A program made the position numbers and the translations under genes. Below, in pieces: positions 1-9,070 of a DNA stretch of 35,763 nucleotides (position 1 is the first letter of the stretch; the number at the start of each line of letters is the position of its first letter). The notes beneath the pieces were generated by a model that worked only from the letters and a program-made list of their open reading frames with translations, was not told where the DNA came from and searched no databases. The stretch lies in sequence record DRR723986_1341; one strand, 5' to 3'.

Positions 1-47
1 CGCTCCCGCCACTCGAAAACCTTCCAGAGAAAGTACAGCGAAAGGGT

Positions 48-1052
48 GTGCCGATGCGCATGTTTGACGGTAAGTCGTTGGTTGTTGCCATGGCGGCAAT
101 GGTTGGGTCGTTTCCGGCGGCTGCGGCCGATCTCGTGACCTATCAGCTCGACTGGTTGCCCGGCGGTGACAAGGCGCCGATCTATGTCTGCATTCAGGAG
201 GGCTTCTGCGAAGAAGCCGGTCTCGAAATCAAGATCGAACCTGGGCGCGGGTCTTCCGAGGCCATCACCAAGATCGCCACGGGGGCATCGGACATCGGTT
301 CCGCGGGCATGGGCGCCCTGATGGCAGCCAAGGCGACCGAAGGCGTACCGGTGACCGCGGTCATGACCATCTTCAACATGGGACCGCACGCTTTCTACAC
401 CACCAAGGACAGCGGCATCGCCTCGATCAAGGATGTCAAAGGCAAGAAGATCGCGACCTCGCCTTTCACCTCTTCCAACGTGTTCCTGCCGCTGGTTCTG
501 GCCGACAACGGATTGTCGGAAGAAGATATCACCCTGACCAAATCCGACCCCGGCGCTTTGGGGCCGCTGCTGATGACGGGCCAGTCGGACGCGATCATCG
601 CCTGGCTGACCGACGTCTCGCGCTATTCCGGCCAGGCGGCGGAGGCCGGCAAGGAACTGGTCGTGTTGCCCTGGGCTGATGCAGGTCTTGAGCTTTATTC
701 CGCATCGCTAGTTGCGGGTGACAAGTTCCTTGAGGAGCGCCCGGACGTCGCCAAGCGCTTCGTTGCGGCCTTCAAGAAGTCCCTCGAATTTGCCTATGCA
801 AACCCGGACAAGGCAGCCGCGGCAGTTTCCGCACAGGTGCCGGAGCTTTCGGCGGAAGACGTCAAGGGAAGCTGGCTGGATGCGTCCAAGCTTGCCTTCA
901 ACGATGTCACTGAAAAATTCCCGCTCGGCACAATCGATGCCGACAGGCTGGCGGCGACATGGACCCGCGTTGCCGCGGCGCAGGATCTGGACCCGGCATC
1001 CCTGAAACCTGAAGACGCTGTCAACCGCTCGTTCCTGCCGGCAGCGGAGTAA
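48..1052 (+). CDS. ABC transporter substrate-binding protein, NMT1/THI5 (SsuA/TauA-like) family
   Basis: Signal peptide ending AAAA-D; '[14 protein letters not shown]...[16 protein letters not shown]' and 'DVKGKKIA' are typical of NMT1/THI5 binding proteins. Start could be GTG48, ATG54 or ATG60. Confidence 0.9.
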   Translation: MPMRMFDGKSLVVAMAAMVGSFPAAAADLVTYQLDWLPGGDKAPIYVCIQEGFCEEAGLEIKIEPGRGSSEAITKIATGASDIGSAGMGALMAAKATEGVPVTAVMTIFNMGPHAFYTTKDSGIASIKDVKGKKIATSPFTSSNVFLPLVLADNGLSEEDITLTKSDPGALGPLLMTGQSDAIIAWLTDVSRYSGQAAEAGKELVVLPWADAGLELYSASLVAGDKFLEERPDVAKRFVAAFKKSLEFAYANPDKAAAAVSAQVPELSAEDVKGSWLDASKLAFNDVTEKFPLGTIDADRLAATWTRVAAAQDLDPASLKPEDAVNRSFLPAAE

Positions 1053-1059
1053 CCCTCAA

Positions 1060-1839
1060 GTGGCACTCACCAACAACGCGATCAGCTTTTCCTCGGTCGG
1101 TCAGACGTTTCTGACCGGCTCGGGATCCGTCACCGCCCTGGACGGGGTCACCGTGACCATTGCTCAGCATGAGTTTGTAGCGGTGCTCGGCCCATCCGGA
1201 TGCGGAAAATCGACCTTGCTGAGGCTGACCGCCGGACTGATGAAACCTTCAAAGGGAACGGTGAGTGTCTTCGGCAAAGAGGTGACGATGCCGAGGGATG
1301 ATGTCGGCATCGTCTTCCAGAAACCGACATTGCTTCCTTGGGCCAACGTAGAGGACAACGTCGTCTTTCCGGTTCGCCACAAATACGGACGGGTGACGAC
1401 GGAGGACCGCGAACAGGCCCGCACCATCATCGAGACCGTCGGCCTGAAAGGATTTGAAAAGCGGCTGCCGTCGGAACTTTCCGGCGGCATGCAGCAACGG
1501 GTCGGCATTGCCCGGGCTCTGTTTCTCAATCCGGACATTCTTCTGATGGACGAACCGTTTTCAGCGCTTGATGCACTGACCCGCGATGCCATGGGCTTTG
1601 AACTTCTTCGGTTGTGGCAAGCAAGTCCGAAGACAGTCCTTTTCATCACCCACTCGATTCCGGAAGCCGCGCTGCTGGCCGACAGGATCCTTGTGCTCAG
1701 CGAGCGCCCCGGCCGCATCATCGCGGACCTGCAGGTGCCGACCGCCCGTCCGAGAGACGAAAGCGCGCTGAGAACGCCGGAGATGCAGGATTTCTCGGCC
1801 GAACTCCGCTCGCTGCTGATCAGAAAGGAGGCCGCCTGA
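1060..1839 (+). CDS. ABC transporter ATP-binding protein (TauB/SsuB type)
   Basis: Walker A GPSGCGKS, signature LSGGMQQR, Walker [13 protein letters not shown]-loop ITHS. Confidence 0.95.
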   Translation: MALTNNAISFSSVGQTFLTGSGSVTALDGVTVTIAQHEFVAVLGPSGCGKSTLLRLTAGLMKPSKGTVSVFGKEVTMPRDDVGIVFQKPTLLPWANVEDNVVFPVRHKYGRVTTEDREQARTIIETVGLKGFEKRLPSELSGGMQQRVGIARALFLNPDILLMDEPFSALDALTRDAMGFELLRLWQASPKTVLFITHSIPEAALLADRILVLSERPGRIIADLQVPTARPRDESALRTPEMQDFSAELRSLLIRKEAA

Positions 1840-2690
1840 TGACTGTCAGCGAAACACAGGACACCGCCGCGGCGAAGACCACCCCAAAGCCCGAGCGTCT
1901 GGAGCGGCCGTTGCCGGTTTCCGAAAAGCTGCTCCGGATGCCTGTCGTACTTCCCTTGATCACCTTTTTCCTGATCCTGGTCATCTGGGAAGCCGGGACA
2001 CGGCTGTTTTCCGTTCCCTCTTTCGTGCTGCCCGCCCCTTCCCGCATTCTGGGCGGATTTGAAAGTGTTACAGCCGGACGCTGGATGGAGCATATCTGGG
2101 CAACGCTTCGGGTCGCCCTCATCGGCTATGCCGTTTCGTTTGTCATCTCGCTTCCGATTGCCGTCGGCCTGGCAAAGTCGCGTCTGCTTTCGGGGGCATT
2201 CTACCCGTTGCTCGTGGTCATCCAGTCCGTCCCGGTCGTCGCCGTCGCACCCATCATCATCGTGGTGCTGGGCACCGGTGATGCTCCACGCGTCGTCATC
2301 ACCTTCATGATCTCGTTCTTTCCGCTGGTCGTTTCCATGACGACGGGTCTGGCCGCCACGCCGCCGGAGCTGATCGAATTGTCCAGGTCGCTGCGCGCGC
2401 CGTCCTTCCGGGAGATCACGCAGATCCGCTTACCCTATGCGACGCCTTACATCTTCTCGGGCATGAAGATTTCGATCACGCTTTCGGTCATCGGCGCTGT
2501 CGTTTCCGAATTCGTCGCCGCCGAAAAAGGCATCGGCTACTTCATCCAGTTCTCCACGTCGATGTTCAAACTGCCCCAGGCCTGGGCCGGGCTTGTCATC
2601 CTCGTGATCATGTCGCTGGTCCTGTTCCAGCTTGTCAGCCTTCTTCAGCGGGTCTTCTTCCCCTGGTCGCTGCCGAAAGGTCAGAAATGA
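1839..2690 (+). CDS. ABC transporter permease (TauC/SsuC type)
   Basis: ATG at 1839 overlaps the ATPase stop (TGATG) after GGAGG. Multiple TM helices and the pattern 'LP...PYIFSGMKISITLSVIGAVVSEF'. The ORF-track start at 1614 is an over-extension. Confidence 0.92.
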   Translation: MTVSETQDTAAAKTTPKPERLERPLPVSEKLLRMPVVLPLITFFLILVIWEAGTRLFSVPSFVLPAPSRILGGFESVTAGRWMEHIWATLRVALIGYAVSFVISLPIAVGLAKSRLLSGAFYPLLVVIQSVPVVAVAPIIIVVLGTGDAPRVVITFMISFFPLVVSMTTGLAATPPELIELSRSLRAPSFREITQIRLPYATPYIFSGMKISITLSVIGAVVSEFVAAEKGIGYFIQFSTSMFKLPQAWAGLVILVIMSLVLFQLVSLLQRVFFPWSLPKGQK

Positions 2691-4090
2691 CCAGCTTCCT
2701 GATCACCAACATTGAGTATGGCCTGACCGGCAACCGGGAGGGCGACCGCCTCAGCGGGGCAATCCGGGTTCAAGACGGCCGGATAAAGGCCATCGGCGAC
2801 CTTCCGCCTCAGGAAGGCGAACGGATAGTCGACGCAAGCGGATGCGTGGTCACGCCGGGTCTGGTGAACACCCATCACCACCTGTTCCAGTCGGTTCTGA
2901 AGGCCGTGCCGGAAGGCATGAATGCGCCGCTTGACGACTGGCTCATGAATGTTCCCTACACCTACTGGCCGCTGATCGACGAGGAAACGCTGCGGGTATC
3001 GGCCCGGATCGGGCTGGCGGAACTGCTTCTGACGGGTACGACGACAGTCTGCGATCATCACTACGTCTTTTCGGACCGCTATGACTACGACCCGGCAACC
3101 GTGCTTTTTGAAGAAGCCGAAGCCCTCGGCGTCCGGTTCGTGCTGGCCCGCGGCGGTGGCACGAAGGGTCGCTCCTTTCCCGACCCTAGCCTGCCGCCTT
3201 CCCCCAGCGAGCCACTGGATGCCTTTCTGGCAGGCATCGAGCGAACCGCAAACCGATGGCATGACCCGTCGCCGGCGTCGCTCCGGCGGGTCGTCGTCGC
3301 GCCGACCACACCGACATTCAACGTCGATGCAGGTGAGCTTGCCTACATAGCCCGCTTTGCACGCGGTAAGGGCCTGCGCCTGCATTCGCATCTTTCGGAA
3401 AACCGGACTTACGTCGACTTCACCCTGGCGCGCTATGGCAAGCGGCCGGTTGACTGGCTTGCCGAGCAGCAGTGGCTCGGGCCGGATGTCTGGTTTGCCC
3501 ATCTGGTGGAATGCGACCGGGACGAGGTGCGCATGCTCGCGGAAACCGGAACCGGGATGGCGCACTGTCCGCAAGCAAATGCAAGGCTTGGCTCAGGCAT
3601 TGCTCCAGCTGACGCCCTGCACGACCTCGGCGGCAGAGTTTCGCTAGCTGTTGATGGCGCAGGCGCGAACGAGGCCGCCGACATGGGCGCTGCCCTCTAC
3701 AGTGCCTTCGCGCTGCACCGAGCGACAAAGGGCGTGCAGGCATTGCAAGCCGAAAGCCTGCTCAACTGGGCAACCGAAGGCGGCGCCAAAGTGCTCGGCT
3801 TTGAGGAGATCGGCGTGCTGCGTCCCGGCATGATCGCCGACATTGCCGTTTTCGACATTTCCGCCCCTCGCAACATGGGACTTCACGATCCGGCCCTTGC
3901 TCCCGTGCTGACGGGTGCCGCAAGCCTGCGTCACAGCTTTGTCGGCGGGCGGCAGATCGTCCGGGACGGTTCCATCCCCGGACTGGACCTGGCCGGGCTC
4001 GGTTCGGACGCAAGGCGTGTTACCCGGCAACTGATTGAACGCAGAAAGGAAATGACGGCGCCTCACCGGGCCCGCGCCGCCCAGGCCTGA
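2687..4090 (+). CDS. Metal-dependent amidohydrolase, Atz/Trz-guanine deaminase group; isoxanthopterin/8-oxoguanine deaminase-like
   Basis: PGLVNTHHHLFQ (HxH metal motif), HSHLSE (HxxE), FAHLV, AVDGAGANE (strand-8 Asp). ATGA overlap with the permease stop. Confidence 0.88.
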   Translation: MTSFLITNIEYGLTGNREGDRLSGAIRVQDGRIKAIGDLPPQEGERIVDASGCVVTPGLVNTHHHLFQSVLKAVPEGMNAPLDDWLMNVPYTYWPLIDEETLRVSARIGLAELLLTGTTTVCDHHYVFSDRYDYDPATVLFEEAEALGVRFVLARGGGTKGRSFPDPSLPPSPSEPLDAFLAGIERTANRWHDPSPASLRRVVVAPTTPTFNVDAGELAYIARFARGKGLRLHSHLSENRTYVDFTLARYGKRPVDWLAEQQWLGPDVWFAHLVECDRDEVRMLAETGTGMAHCPQANARLGSGIAPADALHDLGGRVSLAVDGAGANEAADMGAALYSAFALHRATKGVQALQAESLLNWATEGGAKVLGFEEIGVLRPGMIADIAVFDISAPRNMGLHDPALAPVLTGAASLRHSFVGGRQIVRDGSIPGLDLAGLGSDARRVTRQLIERRKEMTAPHRARAAQA

Positions 4091-4200
4091 TGGCAAATCG
4101 CCTGCGTCGGGCAGGCACATTCTTATGTGGAGTAGAAGCTGTCAGTGCCCATGAGCACGGGTCATTGCTCCCGGACCTCTTTCTCAAGGAGAACGGAAAT

Positions 4201-5199
4201 ATGAGCACCTCTGCATCTTATGGTCTCGTTGAACTGGAAAAGGAAAAAGGCTTCGGCGGCGTCGGTGAGACGGTCGATCGGTCAATTCCCCAGGTCGACA
4301 TGTCGGATTTCTTTTCGCGCAAGGCAGAGATCACCGAGGATCTGTGGGCAGCGGCGACGGACATCGGCTTTTTCCAGCTGAGCAACCACGGCATCCCGCA
4401 GGAACTGATCGACGAGGCTTTTCGACTGTCGGCCGGCTTCTTCGACCTGCCGGCCGAGACGAAAGAACAATATCCGCTTCGGCCCGGCACCAATGCAGGC
4501 TGGGAATTCAAGGCGCAGGTCCGCCCTTCAACCGGTACTGCCGACCAGAAGGAAAGCTACCAGATCACCCTGCCGCGCATGACAGGTCTCTGGCCGACCG
4601 GCGAAGAACTGTCCGGCTTCAAGGCGACCATGCTGGCATTCGAACGGCACAACTGGGCGCTGGCGATGAAGGTTCTGTCCTGCTTTGCCGACAAGCTGCA
4701 GTTTCCGCCGGACTTCTTCACTGACGGGCATGATCCCCTGACACCGGAATACCAGTCGACCCTCCGGCTGATCCATTATCTGGGCATGGAAGATGCCAAG
4801 CCAGAGGACTTCAAGTTCTGGCGGGCCGGTGCCCACACCGACTTCGACTGCCTGACACTGCTGCACCAGAAGGCAGGCCAGGGCGGGCTACAGCTTTGCC
4901 CGGGCAAGGACAGCCAGGGCCGGGCGATTGCCTGGACCGACGTACCCCCGCTGGAAGGCGTTATCACCTGCAACATCGGCGACATGCTGATGCGCTGGTC
5001 GGACGACAAGCTTCTGTCAAACCTTCACCGGGTGCGCATGCCCAAGCCGGAGGAATATCTCGGTCCTCGCTACTCGATGGCCTATTTCGCCCAGGCCAAC
5101 ATGGATACGGTGCTTGCAGGGCCGGAAGGCAAATATGAGCCGATGACGGCGCATGACTATATCCAGATGCGGCTAGGTGCGAATTTCGGCAAGAAATAG
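4201..5199 (+). CDS. 2-oxoglutarate/Fe(II)-dependent oxygenase, isopenicillin N synthase-like (DIOX_N + 2OG-FeII_Oxy)
   Basis: IPQVD...IGFFQLSNHGI N-domain; HTD...H facial triad (AHTDFD, NLHRV) and RYS 2OG-binding motif; AAGGAG RBS before ATG4201. Confidence 0.92.
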   Translation: MSTSASYGLVELEKEKGFGGVGETVDRSIPQVDMSDFFSRKAEITEDLWAAATDIGFFQLSNHGIPQELIDEAFRLSAGFFDLPAETKEQYPLRPGTNAGWEFKAQVRPSTGTADQKESYQITLPRMTGLWPTGEELSGFKATMLAFERHNWALAMKVLSCFADKLQFPPDFFTDGHDPLTPEYQSTLRLIHYLGMEDAKPEDFKFWRAGAHTDFDCLTLLHQKAGQGGLQLCPGKDSQGRAIAWTDVPPLEGVITCNIGDMLMRWSDDKLLSNLHRVRMPKPEEYLGPRYSMAYFAQANMDTVLAGPEGKYEPMTAHDYIQMRLGANFGKK

Positions 5200-5228
5200 C
5201 GGCGCAATCGCCATCCGACAAAAAAGAA

Positions 5229-5270
5229 CCACGGCGCCGGGGCCATCGTTTGAAACGATCGGCGTCGTGG
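5229..5270. terminator. Stem-loop after the oxygenase gene (possible terminator or 3' stabiliser)
   Basis: CCACGGCGCCG...CGGCGTCGTGG outer stem with an inner ATCGTTT/AAACGAT pairing; preceded by an A-run, no U-tract on + strand. Confidence 0.45.
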
Positions 5271-5434
5271 CTGCACCATTTCAGCCATGATTTGTGCGCG
5301 AAACTATCCAGAAGCTGACGATCCGGCAGACTTTACTTTTGCTGCCCGTCCTTTAGGCTTGGTTTCACGACGAGCACCCGCCAACGAAACGCGGCCTCAA
5401 AACTCACCCAACAGACAGAATTGCGAAACGCTCC

Positions 5435-5863
5435 ATGACCGAAGCCAAAAGCGGCGACACGGTTCGTCTTCATTATAAGGGCACGCTGGACGACGGCTCC
5501 GTCTTCGACAGCTCCGAAGGACGCGACCCGCTGGAATTCACCGTTGGATCCGGCCAGATCATTCCGGGTCTCGACCAGGCCATTCCCGGCATGAAGGTTG
5601 GCGACGAGAAGACGGTTCGCATCGAACCCGACAGCGCCTACGGTCCCCACAATCCGGCCGCACGCCAGGCTGTTCCGCGGACCAACATTCCGGCCAACAT
5701 CCCGCTGGAAGTCGGCATGCAGCTGCAGGCACAGACAGAGAACGGCCAGATGATGACCGTGACCGTGATCGAGATTTCCGAAAACGAAGTCATTCTGGAC
5801 GCCAACCACCCGTTGGCCGGCAAGGTGCTGACGTTCGAGATCCAGCTGACAGGGATCAACTGA
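5435..5863 (+). CDS. slyD: FKBP-type peptidyl-prolyl cis-trans isomerase (SlyD-like, no His-rich tail)
   Basis: GDTVRLHYKGTLDDGSVFDSS..R.PLEF..G.GQIIPGL and DANHPLAGKVLTFEI. Confidence 0.92.
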   Translation: MTEAKSGDTVRLHYKGTLDDGSVFDSSEGRDPLEFTVGSGQIIPGLDQAIPGMKVGDEKTVRIEPDSAYGPHNPAARQAVPRTNIPANIPLEVGMQLQAQTENGQMMTVTVIEISENEVILDANHPLAGKVLTFEIQLTGIN

Positions 5864-5947
5864 GGCCCTCCGGTTCCGGTTTAGCTGGCGGTGGCAAAGT
5901 CAGAAGCCGATTTCGGCTCCCTGATGAGGTCTGAACGCTGAAAAGAC

Positions 5948-5982
5948 AAAAGCCCCGCGGTTCGCCGCGGGGCTTCTTTTTT
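5948..5982. terminator. Bidirectional intrinsic terminator between convergent slyD and dctP
   Basis: AAAAGCCCCGCGG-TTCG-CCGCGGGGCTT-CTTTTTT: perfect 11-bp stem, TTCG loop, T-tract on + and A-tract on the left. Confidence 0.9.
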
Positions 5983-6029
5983 CACGCACCGGCGCTGCAA
6001 GCCGGCGCGCGAAAATATCAGACCATGCT

Positions 6030-7076
6030 TCAGTCCATATAGACGCTGTCGTTGGCTTTCTGGACCTCGGTCTTGAACATGCCAAGCAGTTCGTTGGCTT
6101 TCGGGTCGAGGTTTTCAGCCACGTGCGTTTCGAAAGCCGGCTGGGCCGCTGCAGCCATGGACGCGCGCTGGTCGGCGGTGAGAGCGGTCACTTCCATCTT
6201 GTCCATCAGGCCCGCCAATCCCCTGTCCGAGGCTTCGATGATGCGCGACAGGCCACGGCTGGCGGTTACACAGCTTTCCGCGGCATAGCGCAGGGTCTTC
6301 TGCTGCTCTTCGCTCAATCCTTCGAAGAAGTCCCGGTTGACCATGAACGTGTAGGGCGAGAACAGGTGGTTGGTCAGCGTCATGTACTTCTGAACCTCGG
6401 AGAAGTTCGCGAAGGAAATGATCGGCACCGGGTTCATCTGACCGTCGATGACGCCGGTCTGCAGGCCGGAATAGACCTCGCCCCAGGATAGCGGATAGGC
6501 CTGCGCGCCAAGCGCCTGAATGATGGTCTGGTGAGACGGCAGCGTCATGGTGCGGATGCGGATGCCGTCAAAATCATCGAGCGACGCGATCGGGTGTTTG
6601 GAATTGGTAACAGCAAAGAATCCGCCCGTGTCCGGGAAACCGAGCACGACAACATCTCCAAGGGCTTCCTCGATGTCGGCAGCCAGAGCCTTGCCGAAAT
6701 CACCGTCGAAAACCGCGTAGGTGGCGGCGTTGTCGGCGAAGGCGAACGGCAGGTTCAAAACGTCGATGCGTGGGTAGTAGCTTGCCAGCGCGCCGGTGGA
6801 CGTCAGTGTTGCCTGGATGATGCCGTCGCGCACATGCTGCACATGCTCGGCAGCCGAACCGAGCTGGTTGGAACCGAAGACCTCCACTTCGACGGCACCG
6901 TTGGTGTCTGCGTTGACGATGTTGGAGAACACCGCGGTGCAGGCATGAGCCGGATTTTCGAACGGGTCGGTCTTGTTGTCGTGTCCGAACTTCAACACCT
7001 TTCCATCTGCCAGCGCGCTGCCGGCCATAAGCGCAGCGGTCAGCCCGACCGCCAGTCCCTTTGCGAACTTCTTCAT
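6030..7076 (-). CDS. dctP: TRAP transporter substrate-binding protein DctP
   Basis: Signal peptide MKKFAK...ALA; 'GIRIRTM' (conserved carboxylate-binding Arg) and 'EVYSGLQTGVIDGQMNP'. Start at 7076 has GGAG upstream; 7088 is the alternative. Confidence 0.93.
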   Translation of the reverse strand: MKKFAKGLAVGLTAALMAGSALADGKVLKFGHDNKTDPFENPAHACTAVFSNIVNADTNGAVEVEVFGSNQLGSAAEHVQHVRDGIIQATLTSTGALASYYPRIDVLNLPFAFADNAATYAVFDGDFGKALAADIEEALGDVVVLGFPDTGGFFAVTNSKHPIASLDDFDGIRIRTMTLPSHQTIIQALGAQAYPLSWGEVYSGLQTGVIDGQMNPVPIISFANFSEVQKYMTLTNHLFSPYTFMVNRDFFEGLSEEQQKTLRYAAESCVTASRGLSRIIEASDRGLAGLMDKMEVTALTADQRASMAAAAQPAFETHVAENLDPKANELLGMFKTEVQKANDSVYMD

Positions 7077-7111
7077 GATTTTCTCCATTCCTCTGTCAGG
7101 TTGTTTTTTTG

Positions 7112-8395
7112 TTATTGGGCAAACCCGAGAGCACGCGGCAGCATCATCGCCGCGCTTTCCCAGAAGGCGAACAGGAACAGCACAGCCACTTCTGCGACCA
7201 GGAACGGCCCCAGCTTGATGGCAATCCGTTCCAGTTTCTCACCGGTGACCGATGAGAGAACGAACAGGCACGCGCCGACAGGCGGCGTCATCAGCGAGAT
7301 GTTGAGTGCCAGAACGAAGATGATCCCCGCATGGATCGGCTCCAGACCCACCTGAGCGGTGAGCGGAACAAGAACCGGTGCCAGGATGATCAGGATGGCG
7401 GTGATATCCATGACCATGCCGACGATCAGCAGAAGTCCGATGATGATGGCGATGACCGCATAGCGGTTGTCGGCCAGACCCAGGATGGTCTCGGCCAGCA
7501 TCTGGGGGATTTTTTCAAAGCTCATCCACCAGCCGAGGATGCCGGCAAAGGCGATGATGACGAAGATCACGCCGGTGATGCGCGCTGTGCGCACGAGCAT
7601 CTGGTAAAGTGCGGGCAAGGTCAGCGTGCGGTAGACGAATGCACCGATGAAGAGTGCATAGGCGACTGCAATGGAAGCAGCTTCCGTCGGCGTGACGACA
7701 CCGCCGAGAATACCTCCCAGGATGATCACCGGCATCAGCAGTGCGGTAATTGAGGAAACGAAGACCTGCCAGATTTCCTTCAGGTTGGCCCGGCGCTCCG
7801 CCTTGGGCAGGCTGTTGCGGGCCGCACCAAGGGAAATGACGGCCATGCAGACACCGCAGATCACGAGACCCGGCAGAATGCCTGCGGCGAACAACCCACC
7901 AATGGAAACGCCCATGAGCGAGCCGTAGACAACCATCAGACCGGACGGCGGGATGGTCGGTCCGATGATCGAACCGGCCGCCGTTACGGCGCACGCGTAA
8001 TCGCGCTTGTAGCCTTCCTTGACCATGGCGGGCACCAATGTGCGCCCGAAGGCCGCCGCATCCGCCGTTGCCGAACCCGTTAGCCCCGCAAAGAACACGG
8101 AGGCGAGCATATTTGTGTGGGCCAGCCCACCCCGGAAATGGCCGACCAGCACCTGGGCCAGCTTCACCAGCCGGTCGGTGATGCCCGTCTGGTTCATGAT
8201 TTCGCCGGCCAGAATGAAGAACGGCATCGCCAGAAAGGGGAAGATGTTCAGGCCGTTGAAGATACGGCTCGGCCCGATGGCCAGGAACTGGTCACCGCCC
8301 ATATGAATGAGGCCGATGACGCCGGCCGCGCCAATGGCAAAGCCGATAGGCATGCCGAGCAGGACAAATCCGATGAAGACAGCGGCAACGATCAT
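7112..8395 (-). CDS. dctM: TRAP transporter large permease DctM
   Basis: LAMPFFILAGEIM, FAGLTGSATAD, GPTIPPS, TPTEAA, MTPPVG motifs; ATG overlaps the dctQ stop. Confidence 0.95.
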   Translation of the reverse strand: MIVAAVFIGFVLLGMPIGFAIGAAGVIGLIHMGGDQFLAIGPSRIFNGLNIFPFLAMPFFILAGEIMNQTGITDRLVKLAQVLVGHFRGGLAHTNMLASVFFAGLTGSATADAAAFGRTLVPAMVKEGYKRDYACAVTAAGSIIGPTIPPSGLMVVYGSLMGVSIGGLFAAGILPGLVICGVCMAVISLGAARNSLPKAERRANLKEIWQVFVSSITALLMPVIILGGILGGVVTPTEAASIAVAYALFIGAFVYRTLTLPALYQMLVRTARITGVIFVIIAFAGILGWWMSFEKIPQMLAETILGLADNRYAVIAIIIGLLLIVGMVMDITAILIILAPVLVPLTAQVGLEPIHAGIIFVLALNISLMTPPVGACLFVLSSVTGEKLERIAIKLGPFLVAEVAVLFLFAFWESAAMMLPRALGFAQ

Positions 8396-8901
8396 GCTGC
8401 GGCCTCCGCAAACGGAGGATTGTCGAGATGGGTGCCGTTGTCCCGGATCATCGCCAGAACGGTCTGGATCGAGGCAAGGGCTGCGGCAGCCGGGATTGCC
8501 GCATAGAACGACTGCAGACTGATACCGAAGATCATGGCCTGCCGCTTGGCGCCGCTTTGCGCGAAACCGAGCCCGTACCACAGCACGTAGAGAAACAGCG
8601 CCAGAACGCAGAGATCAATCGCCATCAGCACAATGCGGCGCAACGACACCGGCACGCGCATGATGGCAGCCGTCAGTCCGATATGGTCCCGTCTGGCGAT
8701 GCCGGATGACACGGCCAGCATGGCTGCCCAGATCATCAGGTAGCGCGCCAGGATCTCCGGCCAGGGCAACTGCCAATGAAAGAAGTAGCGATCAACCACG
8801 CCGAGCCAGACATCAAGCACAAGCAGTGCCATCAGCAATGCTATTACAGCCTCGACGCCCGTATTCAGCCTGGCACTGGTTCTGGCAGCCCACTCGCGCA
8901 T
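8392..8901 (-). CDS. dctQ: TRAP transporter small permease DctQ
   Basis: Four TM helices; 'RY...LPWPEILARYLMIW...HI' pattern; GGAGG RBS before ATG8901. Confidence 0.9.
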   Translation of the reverse strand: MREWAARTSARLNTGVEAVIALLMALLVLDVWLGVVDRYFFHWQLPWPEILARYLMIWAAMLAVSSGIARRDHIGLTAAIMRVPVSLRRIVLMAIDLCVLALFLYVLWYGLGFAQSGAKRQAMIFGISLQSFYAAIPAAAALASIQTVLAMIRDNGTHLDNPPFAEAAA

Positions 8902-8917
8902 AATCCCTCCACCGAAA

Positions 8918-9046
8918 TGTACCTTAATTACATTTTCAGAGCAGAAATTGCGTTTCGTCAAGCGTATTTTGTTTTTAAATTACATTTATCGCGTAAATGA
9001 GGCTATGATCAGGCGCTGATTGACGATTTTGTGTAATCAAATTACA
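8918..9046. promoter_or_regulatory. Three RpiR/HexR-type operator sites TGT-N6-ATTACA in the divergent promoter region
   Basis: TGTACCTTAATTACA (8918-8932), TGTTTTTAAATTACA (8970-8984), TGTAATCAAATTACA (9032-9046; perfect 6-bp arms). Confidence 0.75.
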
Positions 9047-9070
9047 AATCCCGCAACCAGGGAGACACGT

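Noticed and set aside
1614-1838. N-terminal extension of the permease in the ORF track
   Set aside because: Overlaps the ATPase gene; the start at 1839 has an RBS and TGATG coupling.
5905-5950. Hammerhead-like CTGATGA followed by a GTCT/AGAC stem
   Set aside because: Lacks the required CGAAA after stem II and convincing stems I and III; runs into an ordinary terminator.
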